Source of the DNA: Octopus vulgaris
Taxonomy: Eukaryota
Assembly: GCA_951406725.2 (NCBI GenBank)
Contig: OX597831.1
Coordinates: 39,742,001 to 39,806,000, forward strand
DNA: 64,000 nt
Direction: 5' to 3'
Part shown: positions 24,745 through 37,504 of the stretch, piece by piece
How positions within the stretch are numbered: the first letter of the stretch is position 1
Layout of the letters: each line of letters opens with the position of its first letter
Position numbers and translations under genes: made by a program
The notes under the pieces: model-generated
Seen by the model: only the letters and a program-made list of their open reading frames with translations
The model's database searches: none
What the model was told of the DNA's origin: nothing

Positions 24745-25285
24745 TAAATCATGTCCTAGACTGTTATAGACACGGACACACGCACATTGATAAATACACT
24801 TTCTTGACATGTGAATTTGAAGATGTACATCTTCACACACATGCACACAGAATCGCACACACATACACTTCTTGCACACACACCCACTTTGCACGCACAT
24901 ATTAAAAACTGCATTTTCACACACGCACATGCAATTGTACACGTATATTCACAAATAAATTGCACTCATTTTACGTGTGCATATTAAAATCTGCATTTTC
25001 ACACATGCATAATTGTACACACTCGCATTATACATGCATTTTAAGATATGCATTTTCGCATATAACATGCATACGTAATTGTACTCACTTTACATGCACA
25101 TATTAGTGATTGCATTTTCACACATGCATACATAATTACACACACACACACATATATATGTAATTATGTATACACAAAAACACTCACTTTGTACATGCAT
25201 TTTAAGACAGGCATTTTCACATGTAACATGCATACATAATTGTATATGCACGCACATGCACACAGACAGATAAATGCACCCACTT
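24745..25285. repeat. Degenerate tandem repeat (tgcattttcacacatgcat...aattgtacac)
   Basis: Motif recurs about 5 times. Confidence 0.65.
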
Positions 25286-25489
25286 TGCCTTTGCATTGTT
25301 AGATTCAAATTTTTGCATGCTCTTTTTCCTTCTTTCTTCCTCTCACCCTCTCTCTGGCCAGATAGCCATGTACCTGTATAGCAAGACACCTGTTTCTGCC
25401 TCTCTGTCTCACTCTAACCCTTCATTATCTGACACAAGATCCCCTCCTCCAATGACCCCCTCCTCAAAATTCTTTGTCCTGAAAGTTAT

Positions 25490-25785
25490 TTGGTGGCCCT
25501 GCTAGTGCTGGTGCCACGTAAAAAGCATCCAGTCCACACTGTGTAAGGTGGTTAGTGTTTGGAAGGGAATCCAGCTGTAAAAAGCCTTGCCAAAACTGAC
25601 CTCGCATGTGCTGGTGCCACGTAAAAACCACTCAGTCCACTCTGCAGGGTTGTTGGTGTTAGGAAGGGCATCCAGCTTTAAAAACCTTTCCAAAACAGTC
25701 ACAGTAGTCTGCGGTATTCTTCTGCCTGGCCGGCTCCTGTCAAACTGTCCACCCCATGGAAGGTGGAGGTTAAATGATGATGATG
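25490..25785 (+). mobile_element. RTE-type LINE 3' UTR (family B) with internal repeats
   Basis: gtgctggtgccacgtaaaaa twice, ggaagggcatccagct, (GAT)n tail. Confidence 0.75.
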
Positions 25786-26447
25786 TACACATGTTCGTGT
25801 GTACATTCAAACATGGTTATACATGAATACACTTACTTGCAGGCACCTTCTCACATGTGCTCACAAGCTTACATACACCTACTCATGTAGCCCCCCCCCC
25901 ACATACATACACTTCATGCTCCTACATGTCCCCATGTTCACATTAATTAACTCACAAACAATTCAAAATTACTCACACTCAGAGATTGCCATACCCTCAC
26001 ATACTCATAAACACAACACACACACACACACACACACACTTGTATACCTGCACTCTCTATTACATACCCCCGATCTGACATACTCAAGCTCATTCACACA
26101 CAATCTCTTACATAGACACACTCTCTAACACAGATGTGCATGCGCACACACCCACACATGTATCACTTACTCAAAGACACACTTATACATAGACAGATGT
26201 AGACATACTTAGACACACTTATACATAGACATACTCTCCTACGCAGATGTGCATGCATGCACACCCACATATACATCACTTATACGTTGTGCAGAAACCA
26301 ACATATATATAGGATTTGCATACATGCAATCATAAATGCATGCAAACCCACACACACGTACTTGTTGCTGGCACAAGTATGTTTGGAAGATATTTGAGAT
26401 GGTAACAAGTTTGTATTTACCTCAATAACTGCTTAATATTTCTAATC

Positions 26448-26490
<43 letters not shown>

Positions 26491-26635
26491 GTATGTATAT
26501 CATCATCGTCATCTAATGTCTGTTGTCCCTGCTGTCATGGGTTGGACAGTTCGACTAAGGCTGGTAAGCTGAGGTGCTGCATCAGACTCCAGTCTGATTT
26601 GGCATGGTTTCTACAGTTGGATGCCCTTCGTAATA

Positions 26636-26675
<40 letters not shown>

Positions 26676-26704
26676 TAGATATAGATTTATTTATTTAAAG
26701 CAGC

Positions 26705-26757
26705 AGAAAATTCAACAAAACCTGTTACTCAGAGTAACAGGTTTTGTTGAATTTTCT
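26705..26757. repeat. Perfect 26-bp-arm palindrome, 1-nt centre
   Basis: AGAAAATTCAACAAAACCTGTTACTC-A-GAGTAACAGGTTTTGTTGAATTTTCT. Confidence 0.95.
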
Positions 26758-27326
26758 ACCTTGACTTGTTTTTCCATATATTACACACACACACACACAC
26801 ACTCTCTCTCTCTCTCACAATGATAAAAAGAAATATAAGTTATGGTCTACCTCCCCACCACCACACACTCAATAACACTATGAAATGGGTCAAAACTGAA
26901 ATTCTTTTTCCTCAAGATCTTAGACCTCCCCCTTGGAGTCAACATCCTGTCCAGCAGAGCAAAAAAATTCTTTTCTTCTTCTTCCCTCTCCCTTCCCCTC
27001 TCTTTCTTTAGCACTCATTCCAAATACAAAAACACACACACACACACACACGCACGCACACACACACTCTCTCTCTCTCTCTCACTTTCTCCTCATCCAT
27101 CACCCTCTTGTACTGTCTTATATTCCTCCCCACCACTACAAACTCAATACCACTATAAAATGGTCAAAACTTTTCACACAGGAACTTAGTTTGATTTGAA
27201 AACCCCACTAGAATGGGAGAAAGCGCTAATACATGATCTAAGTTATATGATGTATAAAAAATGTAATATACAAATAAATATCTGTAAATATAAACCATCC
27301 AATTTTCTGAGTACCTCATTTCTTCG

Positions 27327-27357
<31 letters not shown>

Positions 27358-28056
27358 CTGTCATTCAACTGTAGCTATCCTAGGGCACCATCTTGAAGAA
27401 CCCTAGTACTTCTTTACTTATAAAATCTGGTACTTATTCTATCAGTCTCTTAATCAAACTGCTAAGTTACAGAGATGTAAGCATACCAACACCAGTTGTC
27501 AAGCAGAGTGGGGTGGAGACATACACACACATGGCAGGCTTCTTTCTGTCTGCCAAATCCACTTTGAAGGCTTTGGTTTACCCCAAGGCCATAGTAGAAA
27601 ATATTTTTTCAAGATGCCATGGAGTGGAATTGAACCCGGAACCTTGTGCCTTGGAAACAAACTTTCAGCCACACACCCACGTCTGTGTGTTTGTCATGAA
27701 AAGACAATGGATCTTCACTGGTCACATACTTAAAAGAAGACAAGACCATCAGAGAAGTTCCTGTTAAGTGGGGCAACATATGGCAAAAGAAAATGAAGAC
27801 CTAAAACTAGATTTAGCAATAATATTGAAGTAACTAGTCAGAGGTTTTTTCAGAACTGTGCAGAATGGCACAGGACAGACATGGGTGGAGGGCTGCAGCA
27901 GTTCAATTATTTGTATGTGTGTAAATGTATGTGTATACATTATATGATATACACATACATGAATATACATATATTTGTATGTGTATATATGTAACTTATA
28001 CATGTGTGCATATATTATGTGTGTATCTCTCTTTCTGTGTGTGTGTGTGTGTGTGC

Positions 28057-28094
<38 letters not shown>

Positions 28095-28525
28095 GTATAT
28101 AGTGTTAGAGAGAGTAAGAGAGTAAGTTGTAGCACTTGGAAGTTAATTGCAGGATCTACCTATTGAAATCTGGAAATAATAGCTGAGTTTAGAAACAGAA
28201 ACACCTGTGGTGAATAATAAAAAGGTTGACTACAAACAAATACACACTCACGCACACAAAATCACAAATATCAATAAATGAATAACATTAAAGAAAGCAA
28301 CCTATAAACACACAATGTATAATCGTTTTTTTTTTTTAGATAGACTTGTTCTATTTTATAGAGATAGTTTGTGTGATACTCGGAACTCATCACAGACTTG
28401 GCTTTCATAGGTCTAGGCATGGCTGCATGGCTTAGGAGCTCACTTTCTAGCCACATGGTTTTTGGTCCAGATCCTTCATGTAGCAGTTTGGGAAAGTGAA
28501 TGTTAATGAGATTAATCCCTGCTAT

Positions 28526-28918
28526 GTGGAGGCGCAATGGCCCAGTGGTTAGGGCAGCGGACTCGCGGTCATAGGATCGCGGTTTCGATTCCCAGACCGG
28601 GCGTTGTGAGTGTTTATTGAGCGAAAACACCTAAAAGCTCCACGACGCTCCGGCAGGGAATGGTGGTGATCCCTGCTGTACTCTTTCACCACAACTTTCT
28701 CTCACTCTTACTTCCTGTTTCTGTTGTATCTGTATTTCAAGGGGCCGGCCTTGTTACTCTCTGTGTCACGCTGAATATCCCCGAGAACTACGTTAAGGGT
28801 GCACGTGTCTGTGGAGTGCTCAGCCACCTACACTTAATTTCACGAGCAGGCTGTTCCGTTGATTCGGATCAACCGGAACCCTCATCGTCGTAACCGACGG
28901 AGTGCTTTCCCTTCCTAA
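28526..28918 (+). mobile_element. Young full-length tRNA-derived SINE with 12-bp target-site duplication
   Basis: A-box TGGCCCAGTGG, B-box GGTTTCGATTCC; TSD AATCCCTGCTAT at 28514-28525 and 28919-28930; many CpGs retained. Confidence 0.9.
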
Positions 28919-28923
28919 AATCC

Positions 28924-29015
28924 CTGCTATCTCCAGCACCGAGACCACCAGATCATGTGATTTCGACTTTCCTGTGTCTCATCAGTAATGGACATTCGGC
29001 CGCTAGAGATAGCAG
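28924..29015 (-). ncRNA. Type I hammerhead ribozyme with extended helix I
   Basis: CCAUUA-CUGAUGA-GAC acaggaaa GUC-GAAA-UC acau GA-UC/UGGUGG; helix I continues through CCGA/UCGG and a 14-bp CUGCUAUCUCUAGC/GCUGGAGAUAGCAG stem. Confidence 0.85.
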
Positions 29016-29499
29016 CAGTTCATCTCCTTTTCAGTGATATATAGAAAACCCATGTCTAAAAGGGGTCTTTATCCTTTTTTACACTTCTAGTTATGGGATT
29101 TTGTGCCTGAAATATATAAAAGTTACTCAACTTCCCTTTTCATGTGGTTAGAAGCTCTCCTTAGTTTTCGTTATTTTACTTGAAAGCATGAGGTTCCAGT
29201 TTTGATGGTCTTGCGATGTATGTTGTGCACGTCTGTTTTTACAATCTAACCCATGCTAACATGGAAAGCGGACGTTAAACGATGATGAGTTGATGCTACT
29301 TTTCTGAACGAGAGCAATTAGGTCGAAAGGATGCATGAAATAAAGGGTACAGCCTTGCATTGCACTGAATAAAGCCTCTCTCTAATTCAATGTGCCAGCC
29401 TGCTTGCGTCCTATATCTCTGATTGGTTTCATTGTAGAATCCTGTTAAGAACACAAAATGACTGTGACGTTACTGAGTCATTTATGCAACAATTTGAGT

Positions 29500-29790
29500 A
29501 GGTAAAGCTGAAATACTCAGCAGCATTGATTGGATAATTGAAATTACTCATTGTTGACTGGATGACTGAAACTCCTGTTGGTCGACCATCTAAAGACATT
29601 CATTGCTGATTGGACAACGGAAGCTCTTGTTGTTTGGATAACTTAGATACTCATCTATGATTTGATAACTAGAATACTGATGACTTGAGTACTCAACATT
29701 CATTAGATGACCGAAAGACTCAATCTTGATTGGATATTGGATAACTGGAATATCGAACACTCAGCTTTGATTGGATAACTGGAATTACTC
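29500..29790. repeat. Degenerate ~27-bp minisatellite containing (T)GATTGG (CCAAT-box-like) units
   Basis: gattggataactg(g/a)aa(t)actca variants about 8-10 times; resumes at about 30205-30240 after a SINE. Confidence 0.7.
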
Positions 29791-30189
29791 TTTTACTTGT
29801 TTCAGTCAGTTGACTGCGGTCATGCTGGAGCATCGCCTTTAGTCGAGCAAATCGACCCCAGGACTTATTCTTTGTAAGCCTAGTACTTATTCTATCGGTA
29901 TATTTTGCTGAACCGCTAAGTTACGGAACACAAACACACCAGCATCGATTGTCAAGCGATGTTGGGGGGACAAACACAGACACACAAACATACACACAGA
30001 CACACACAAACATTTATAAATATACATGTATACGACGGGCTTCTTTCAGTTTCCGTCTACCAAATCCACTCACGAGGCTTTGGTCGGCCCGAGGCTATAG
30101 TAGAAGACACTTGACCAAGGTGCCACGCAGTGGGACTGAACCCGGAACCATGTGGTTGGTAAGCAAGCTACTTACAAGACAGCCACTCT
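29787..30189 (-). mobile_element. Family-A SINE
   Basis: Reverse complement of the family-A pattern, CpGs retained. Confidence 0.9.
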
Positions 30190-30579
30190 TTTTTTTGGTG
30201 GGGGGGTTAACTGAACTACTCATTGATTGGCTAACTGCAGTATAAATTATTGAAGCTGATGGAGACTCGTTTTACTAAGTTTGTGTATATTAACGAGCTC
30301 AGTGTCGACGGTTGATTTCTCCCAGCGCGAATAGGATTTCAGTTAAGTGATTTCACTCGTGAATGTGTCAGCTTGTATGTGTATGTATATGTGTGTGTTT
30401 ATATGTACAGGTGTGTGTGTGTATTCTTTTTGATGGTAGAACCCAAATTAGCTGAAGCTATAAATAATGGTATGAAGAAAATTGAGTTAGAAAACCCTTT
30501 GGATGGAAAACATTCATATATATTATGCATTTATTTACATCTATCTATCTATCAATATAGATGTGTGTGTGTGTCTGTA

Positions 30580-30613
<34 letters not shown>

Positions 30614-31039
30614 AACATATGTTCATACATGTATGTATATGTACATATGTTTATACACACACACACACACACAAACAAATGTACTTATATGTAGGTGTGT
30701 GTGCACACGTATATAAATACACATGACAAATTGGTTAAAATAGCTTCTGTTGGTTCTTCTACCACCGACCAACAAACCAACCAACCATCCCTCCATCCAT
30801 CCATCTATCCACCCACCCACCCACCCACTCACTCACCATAGTTGGTGGTCAAGTCTGCAGTTCCGCTATGTTGCATTTCGGTTCTTCAGCCACCAAGCTT
30901 CACTGACGAACTGAAAAACTGTGCACGTGCCTGTGTGCATGTGTGTGTTTCTGTGTGCGTGCGTGTGTATCTGTATTTAAGCACATACTTGCCTCTGTCT
31001 ATTTATGTGTGAGTGCTGAGTGCATGGTTTCCGCGTGCG

Positions 31040-31090
<51 letters not shown>

Positions 31091-32544
31091 TTGATTTTAT
31101 GTATTCGCACGTGTGGCTGTATGCGTGTGCGTGTGTGTGTGTGTGTGTGTATGTAAGTGATAAGTGATACAACCTAATAAATCTATATCATAGATCTGCT
31201 AAGTGAAGCTGACTGGCACAGGAGCGTTGGCGGAGATGATGGCATTGGTCATAGGGATACTACTACTACTAGTAGTGGTAGTAGTAGTATTAGTAGGGAT
31301 AGCAAAAAAAAAAGCAACAAAACGTAACATCAAAATATAAAAAAAAAACCCCAAAAAAAAAACAAAGCTTATATCAATTCCATTAGTACCTAAGGCTATT
31401 TTTTTTTTATTATCCCAGCCTTTCATTTCTGTAGACTTACTCTGTTTTTATTATTATTATTATTATTATTTATTTTCATTTTGTTATTGCACAGCGTGAT
31501 GTCATCTGCTTGGAGGAAACTAGTAATGGTGGCATTAGCTGATGATGATGATGATGATGATGATGATGGTTGTTGTTTTGATGGTGATGTTGATGTTGGT
31601 GGTGGTTGTGGTGGTGGTGATGCTTGTGTGAGTCTGTGACATTGGTTGGTATAAAGGCAGCGAGAGGAGAGAACCAATAACAGGAATTACAATGGAAAGT
31701 CTTTGGGAAATTGAGAGCCGATGTGGAAGCATGGAGATGTGTGTGTGTGTGTGTGTGCGCATGCAGGTGTATCTGTATGTGTGTATGCATATATATATAG
31801 ATGTGTACGTGAATGTACACTTTCACATGTATATACATTAAGAGATACATACACACTCACACACATACACAGATGCACACACTCATAGGATATGTGTAGG
31901 TCTCCATGCATCAGTGCATATATATATATGTGTGTGTATGTATGTATGTATATATATATATATATATGTACATGTATATATATATGTGTGTATGTGTGTG
32001 TGTATATATATATATGTATATATATGTATATATATATATGTATATATATGTATATATATATATATGTATATATATATAAAAGCACCTACAGCTTCAGGTA
32101 TAATCATCACACAATCTTGTGAAGCATCTGTCTCTCTCTGCCTATCTCTTTCTGTCTATCTCTCTATCTACTGTGTATCCCTGTCGTGTGTGTGTGTGTC
32201 TGATACTTACCTGCACGTCTTTCTATTCTCTCTGACACACTTACGCATGCTCACTCATGCACAGACACACGCCTACACACACAGTACTTCCTATGCTGCC
32301 TCCTTCATAGAGATCCTACAAGATACTACATAAACCTCCAATGCCTACACAAGATGAAATTCATGTGATATCTGGTCGTACCCACCTCGTGCCATGAAAG
32401 TGACACCACATGACCATCATAACTCTTAACCTATTAGTATTTAAATTACTTTCTCAAATATAATGCTTATTTACTCTGGTTGTTTTGAATTAATCCTGCA
32501 TTGTCTCATAGATTCAAGATTATTCGTATGCGTAGGTTATCTTA

Positions 32545-32782
32545 TTGTTTGTGGTAAGAAGCTTGCTTTCCAACCAAATGGTTCTGGGATCAGTCGCACT
32601 GCATGTAGGATAGCAGAAGGCACCTGCCCAAGTCTCGGGCCAACCAAAGCCTTGTGAGTGGATTTGGTGTGTGGAAACTGAAAGAAGCCTGTTGTGTATA
32701 TATAAAAGATCATGGTTGTATTCATAATTCTACTAAAGCCATGTGAGTGGATTTGGTAAGCAGAAACTGAAAGAAGCTTGTG

Positions 32783-32817
<35 letters not shown>

Positions 32818-32985
32818 GTATATATGTTTGTTTGTGTGTCACTTGACAATCTAGCAGTTCAGCAGAAAGACACTGATATAACAAGTACTAGGGTTACAAA
32901 GAATAAGTCCTGGGGTCGATTTGTTTGACTAAAGGCAGTGCTCCAGCATGGCCACAGTCAAACGACTGAAACAAATAAAAGAATA
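32545..32985 (+). mobile_element. Family-A SINE with duplicated middle segment
   Basis: aaagcc(t/a)tgtgagtggatttggt...aaactgaaagaagc occurs twice. Confidence 0.75.
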
Positions 32986-33269
32986 TGAGATGAGTTCTTC
33001 ATTGTACCTCAGTTCCTTGTGTAGATGTGTAGCACATAAGAGCTACCAAAAAAAAGTGTTATAGTAAAAAGCAAAATGGCGAGTAAAAAAACGATGTGCC
33101 TTTTGACAAGTCACCCGAGGCGACATATCGGTTCCTAAGATGCACCACAAGTGTTTGTTCAGCATCTTACCTGCAAGGTACTGGTGCACATTAGGTCTCA
33201 TAAATTCAAACAAGTCTCATGAATTCCATTTTCTTTCTATCACATATATATACATATATTTATATATCT

Positions 33270-33740
33270 CATCATCATCATCATCATCATCATTTAACTT
33301 CCGCTTTCCATGCTAGCATGGGTTGGACGATTTGACTGATCTGGCAGAGTTTCTACAGCCGGATGCCCTTCCTAATGCCAACCACTCCGAGAGTGTAGTG
33401 GGTGCTTTTACGTGCCACCTGCACGAAGGCCAGTTTGGTGGTACTGGCAACAGCCACACCCAAAGGGTGCTTTTTACGTGCCACCTACACAGGAGCCAGT
33501 TCAGCGGCACTGGCAACTACATCGCTCAAATGTTTCACATGCCACCAGCACAAGTGCTAGTAAGGTGACGCGGTAATGATCGTGCTCAAATGGTGTGCTT
33601 AACGTGCTACAGGCGCGAAGGCCAGCCTGTTGCTCTGGCAACGATCTCACTCGTATGGTACTCTTAGTGCTCCACTAGCAACGGATGCCAGTCACCGAGT
33701 TTGATTTCGACTTTGATTTCACTTGCCTCAACTATTCTTC
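33270..33740 (-). mobile_element. RTE-type LINE 3' end (family B) with several internal repeats
   Basis: (CAT)n, ccatgctagcatgggttggacg, repeated ttttacgtgccacc units. Confidence 0.8.
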
Positions 33741-33769
33741 ATATATTTTCAGTCTCTTTCTTCTGGCTA

Positions 33770-33990
33770 TTTCATCATGCCGACACATTAATCCCTACAC
33801 ATTTCTTTTTCTCTCTCTGTTTTTTTTTTCATTCTCTCCCTTTTTATTTTCCTCTTAATTCATCCTGTCGAAGAGCATAGGCTCGAAGTGTAAAAAAACT
33901 TTTCCATTCTTCCTGAGCATTAAGCTAATACACCTGCTTGTTTTTCATACACTTACACTTGTCTTTATCTTTTGTTTTCTGTAAATTTGA
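33770..33990 (+). mobile_element. Penelope-like terminal fragment P2, decayed HHR-like motif 33865-33896
   Basis: CUGUCGA-A-GAGC auag GCUC-GAAGUGUA; downstream sequence matches other P2 copies. Confidence 0.55.
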
Positions 33991-34008
33991 AATATGTACA
34001 TACATGTG

Positions 34009-34055
<47 letters not shown>

Positions 34056-35419
34056 GTATGTATGATCATTATCATCATCATTTTAATGTTCACTTTCCCG
34101 TGATGCTTGCATGGGTTGGATTGAGATTTTATTAAGGCAGATTTTTATGTGGCCGGATGCCTTTCCAGTTGCCAACCTTCACATGTCTCCAAGAAAAGTA
34201 ATATTTCCCCATGTCTAATGACACCGTTTATATGACAGTGACATCCATGTCTATGGTGCGATGTCATGACAAGGAGACACACAGATCCGCTTTCTTTCAG
34301 TTTTCACTCACAAGGCTTTGGTCAGCCTGGGGCTATAACAAACACTTACCCAGAGTGCCGTACAGTAAACCATGCAGAGGGGAAGCAATTTGTTTAACCA
34401 CACAGCCATGCTCCATGCATCACTGTCTGTCTGTCTGCCTATCTCTGTCTTTCTCTCTCCCTGTATAGATAGTAAAAAAATAAAAGTATATAAATGTGTG
34501 TGTGTATTTGAGCTTGTATATCAGCTCCAGAATAGGTAAACCATGTCACTTTGTGTTCAAAGAGGCAACTAAATGGTTGACAGCAAGAAGAGCATCCAGC
34601 TGTAAAATGCTGCCACAAAACACCTGTCCAACCCATGCCCACATGGAAAAGTAGATAAGTTGTGATGACACTAAAGAAAATAGTGATAGTGCTGGTGATG
34701 GTAGGAGTAGCGGTGGTGGCAGTGATGGTTCAAAAAATGGTTTGGTTTATTGTCTGTTTTTGGTGGTTTTCGCTCAATTTTATTTGCTTCATCAATTACA
34801 CCCAAAGTTAGTCTTTTATCAGACATCCTGATAATGACTTCCTACACACTTCCAGAAAGAACAAGTTCATGTGGAGTTAAGGAAAAATAAATTTAATTAA
34901 CTGGATCAGTCATTAACTCAATTAGCAAAGACAAGAAAATGGCACCAACTCCACGCATGACAAAATCCTATCTTTTTTTAAATTTTTTAAAATATTTGTT
35001 TTACTACAACAAAGATTGATTTATTGGAAGAATTTGTTTGTATGCTGTGGCACTCTAGGTATAGGAGTGGCTGTGTGGTAACAAGTTTGCTTCTCAATTG
35101 CATGGTCTCAAGTTCAGTCCCACTGAGTGACACCTTAGGCAAGTGTCTTCTACTGAAGCCTTAGGTCAATCAAAGCCTTGCGGATGGCTTTGGTAATTGG
35201 AAACTGAAAGCAGTCCATTGTGTGTGTGTGTGTGTGTATATATACACACACTCTCTCTCTCTCACACACACATATAACTATTTGGACTTTGGGTGTATGT
35301 CTATTAGTATGTCGATTATAGCACATTAGTATGTCGATTATAGCACATTCACTGTTTGGGCTGCCTGGGTCAAAACAGTCGTTCTGCTGGATAAGGATTC
35401 ATACTAAATCCATCTTCCA

Positions 35420-35880
35420 TTTCCCTCATCATCTTCATTTAACGTCCGTTGTCCTTGCTGGTTCTGGCTGGACAGCTTGACTGGGCTTGCATGCTGGAAG
35501 GCTGCACCAGACTCCAATCTTATTTGACATGGTTGTCTGTGGCTGCATGCCCTTCATAATGCCAACCACTTTGAGGGTGTAATGGGTGTTTCTACATGCC
35601 ACCAGCACGGGTGCAATTTGTGTGACACCGGGATGCATTTACGTTCCACTGGCACGGGTGCCAAATCTGTCACAAATGCGATTTTGCTCAGCTTGATGGG
35701 CCTTCTTCTTTAGCATGACATAATTACCAAAGGTCTTGGTTATTGCCTCCTTGAGGCCCAACACTCGAAAGGAACTCGGCCACTTTGCCTCCATGAAACC
35801 CAGTGTTCAAAAGATGTTCTTTACATGTCACCAGCATGGTTGCACTTGGCTTGTGCTCAAGCACAGCACATCGCCACACA
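35420..35880 (-). mobile_element. RTE-type LINE 3' end including ORF C-terminal remnant
   Basis: Family-B 3' UTR plus a minus-strand remnant resembling LGL.EAM..DRDLWR.AVL.K. Confidence 0.65.
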
Positions 35881-37504
35881 CACACACACGTGTATGTGTG
35901 TATAAGAAGTCTGTGTGTATTTATGTGTATGAATGTATACATATATGTATATGTGTGTGTTTGTCCCCCATCACTACTTGATAACAATGTTGGTTTGCTT
36001 ACATTTTTGTTCTTTGCTTTTTGGCAAAAAAGACTTATAGAATAAGTTACTAAACTTTTAAAAAAAGAAGGTCCTGGGCTCAACATGTTTGACTCGACCC
36101 CATTAAGGCTGAGCCCCAGTATTGTCACAGTCCAATGAGTGAAACAAATAAAGTTGAAAGAAAAAAAAGGAAGCTCAGAAGATTCCGGAATCTGAACTTT
36201 GATAGTCATTAATTCATTTGAAATGGCAAAAAGAGTAACTTAGAAACATTTGACCGTTCTTGACATCTGTCGTTTGTAAACATGAAGCGCCGACTACTGT
36301 CAGTTTAATTCATCGCGAAACCGGAAAACTTCTGTAATCATTCCATATCAAATCAAATCGAATAAATGTTGATTTTTGTGCTGTATTTTGCTCTTCTTTT
36401 CATTTTTGGTTTATTCTTGGAATCGGTAAAATAGAAAAAAAAAATACTAAAAAAAAAAAAAAACCGTATGGAATTAACCGAAATTGACTTTATTTTGCAT
36501 AAGTAATTATCCGATCGATTTTTATACATAGACTTCATGTTAAACGGTTTGTGCTGTTTTGGTAGAAAGTTCTCCAAGATGCAGACATCATGGCTGTGTG
36601 GTTTAAGATGTTTACATTGCAACTATGTGATTTTGGGTTCAGTCCACAGTATGGCTCCTTGGACAATGGTCACACTATTGTAACCCCTGGCCACTGAAAA
36701 GTCTACTCCAATGAAATCCATCTGAGCCATACAAGCAAAGGCATGGTAAAAGATGCTTCAGTGAATTGAAGTTGTGTCTATGTGATTGCAAAGTAAAACT
36801 TCTGTCACGTTGTTTAACCCCGAGTCTGCCCTGAGCAGGCTGATCTCTGATCGGAAGTGTGCCATTTGTGACTTCTCTGTCTTTTATTGGTTTCATATGT
36901 ATGACCTTGAAGACCATATTTACTTCGTCATGTCATTTGTTTTTTTTTCTAAAAATAGTAGAGTGTGATTTGAGAAGGCAAATGGCTGCTATGCCTAGCA
37001 GATCTAATGTTCACACATGTGGAGGTATAGGTGGTCATTTTCTGGTAAGAAGTTGCTAGATGATAGGTGGAGTGGTAGAGTGTTATTTGAGAAGGGAATT
37101 TAACTGTTATTTCTAGCAGGCCTCATGATTGTACAGACCAGACACAGGCAGCATTTTACAGGAAGCGGGCTGCACCACAATACAAAGCTGAAGGTGATTT
37201 TGCATTGGGTGCATCATTCAGAAAGTCATGTGGGCCATATGGGCCGCATGTTGCTGGTGAGTGCTTTAGAGTGACACTGATCAGTTTTCGGGTGGGGTTT
37301 GGTGTAAGATGCAAGAAGAATGCATGCACGTGCACACACACACAGCTGTGTGTGTGTGTACACGTGTATATTTACAACAGGTAAGAAGGAAGATATGCAA
37401 AAAGGATTGCATTTGAGGGAGGAGGAGGAGAAAGGCTTGTGAGGGAGGAGGAAGTGAGGGATGGTTTGTGTGAACTGCGATTAAGGTGAGATCTGAGTTT
37501 TACT

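Noticed and set aside
28529-28602. Possible tRNA gene
   Set aside because: A/B boxes are present but there is no acceptor stem or T-run terminator, and it continues into a SINE body bounded by a TSD
29500-29790. CRISPR-like repeat/spacer appearance (also 3200-3735)
   Set aside because: Units are contiguous and degenerate without unique spacers; eukaryotic context with no cas genes
30862-30895. Minus-strand CUGAAGA-ACC-GAAA-UG caa CA-UA hammerhead-like string
   Set aside because: No helix II and no convincing helix I
32205-32220. Minus-strand CAG|GTAAGT donor (similar hits at about 16812 and 33168 on minus, and 37380 on plus)
   Set aside because: No supportable exon or strong pyrimidine tract; such 7-mers are expected by chance in 64 kb
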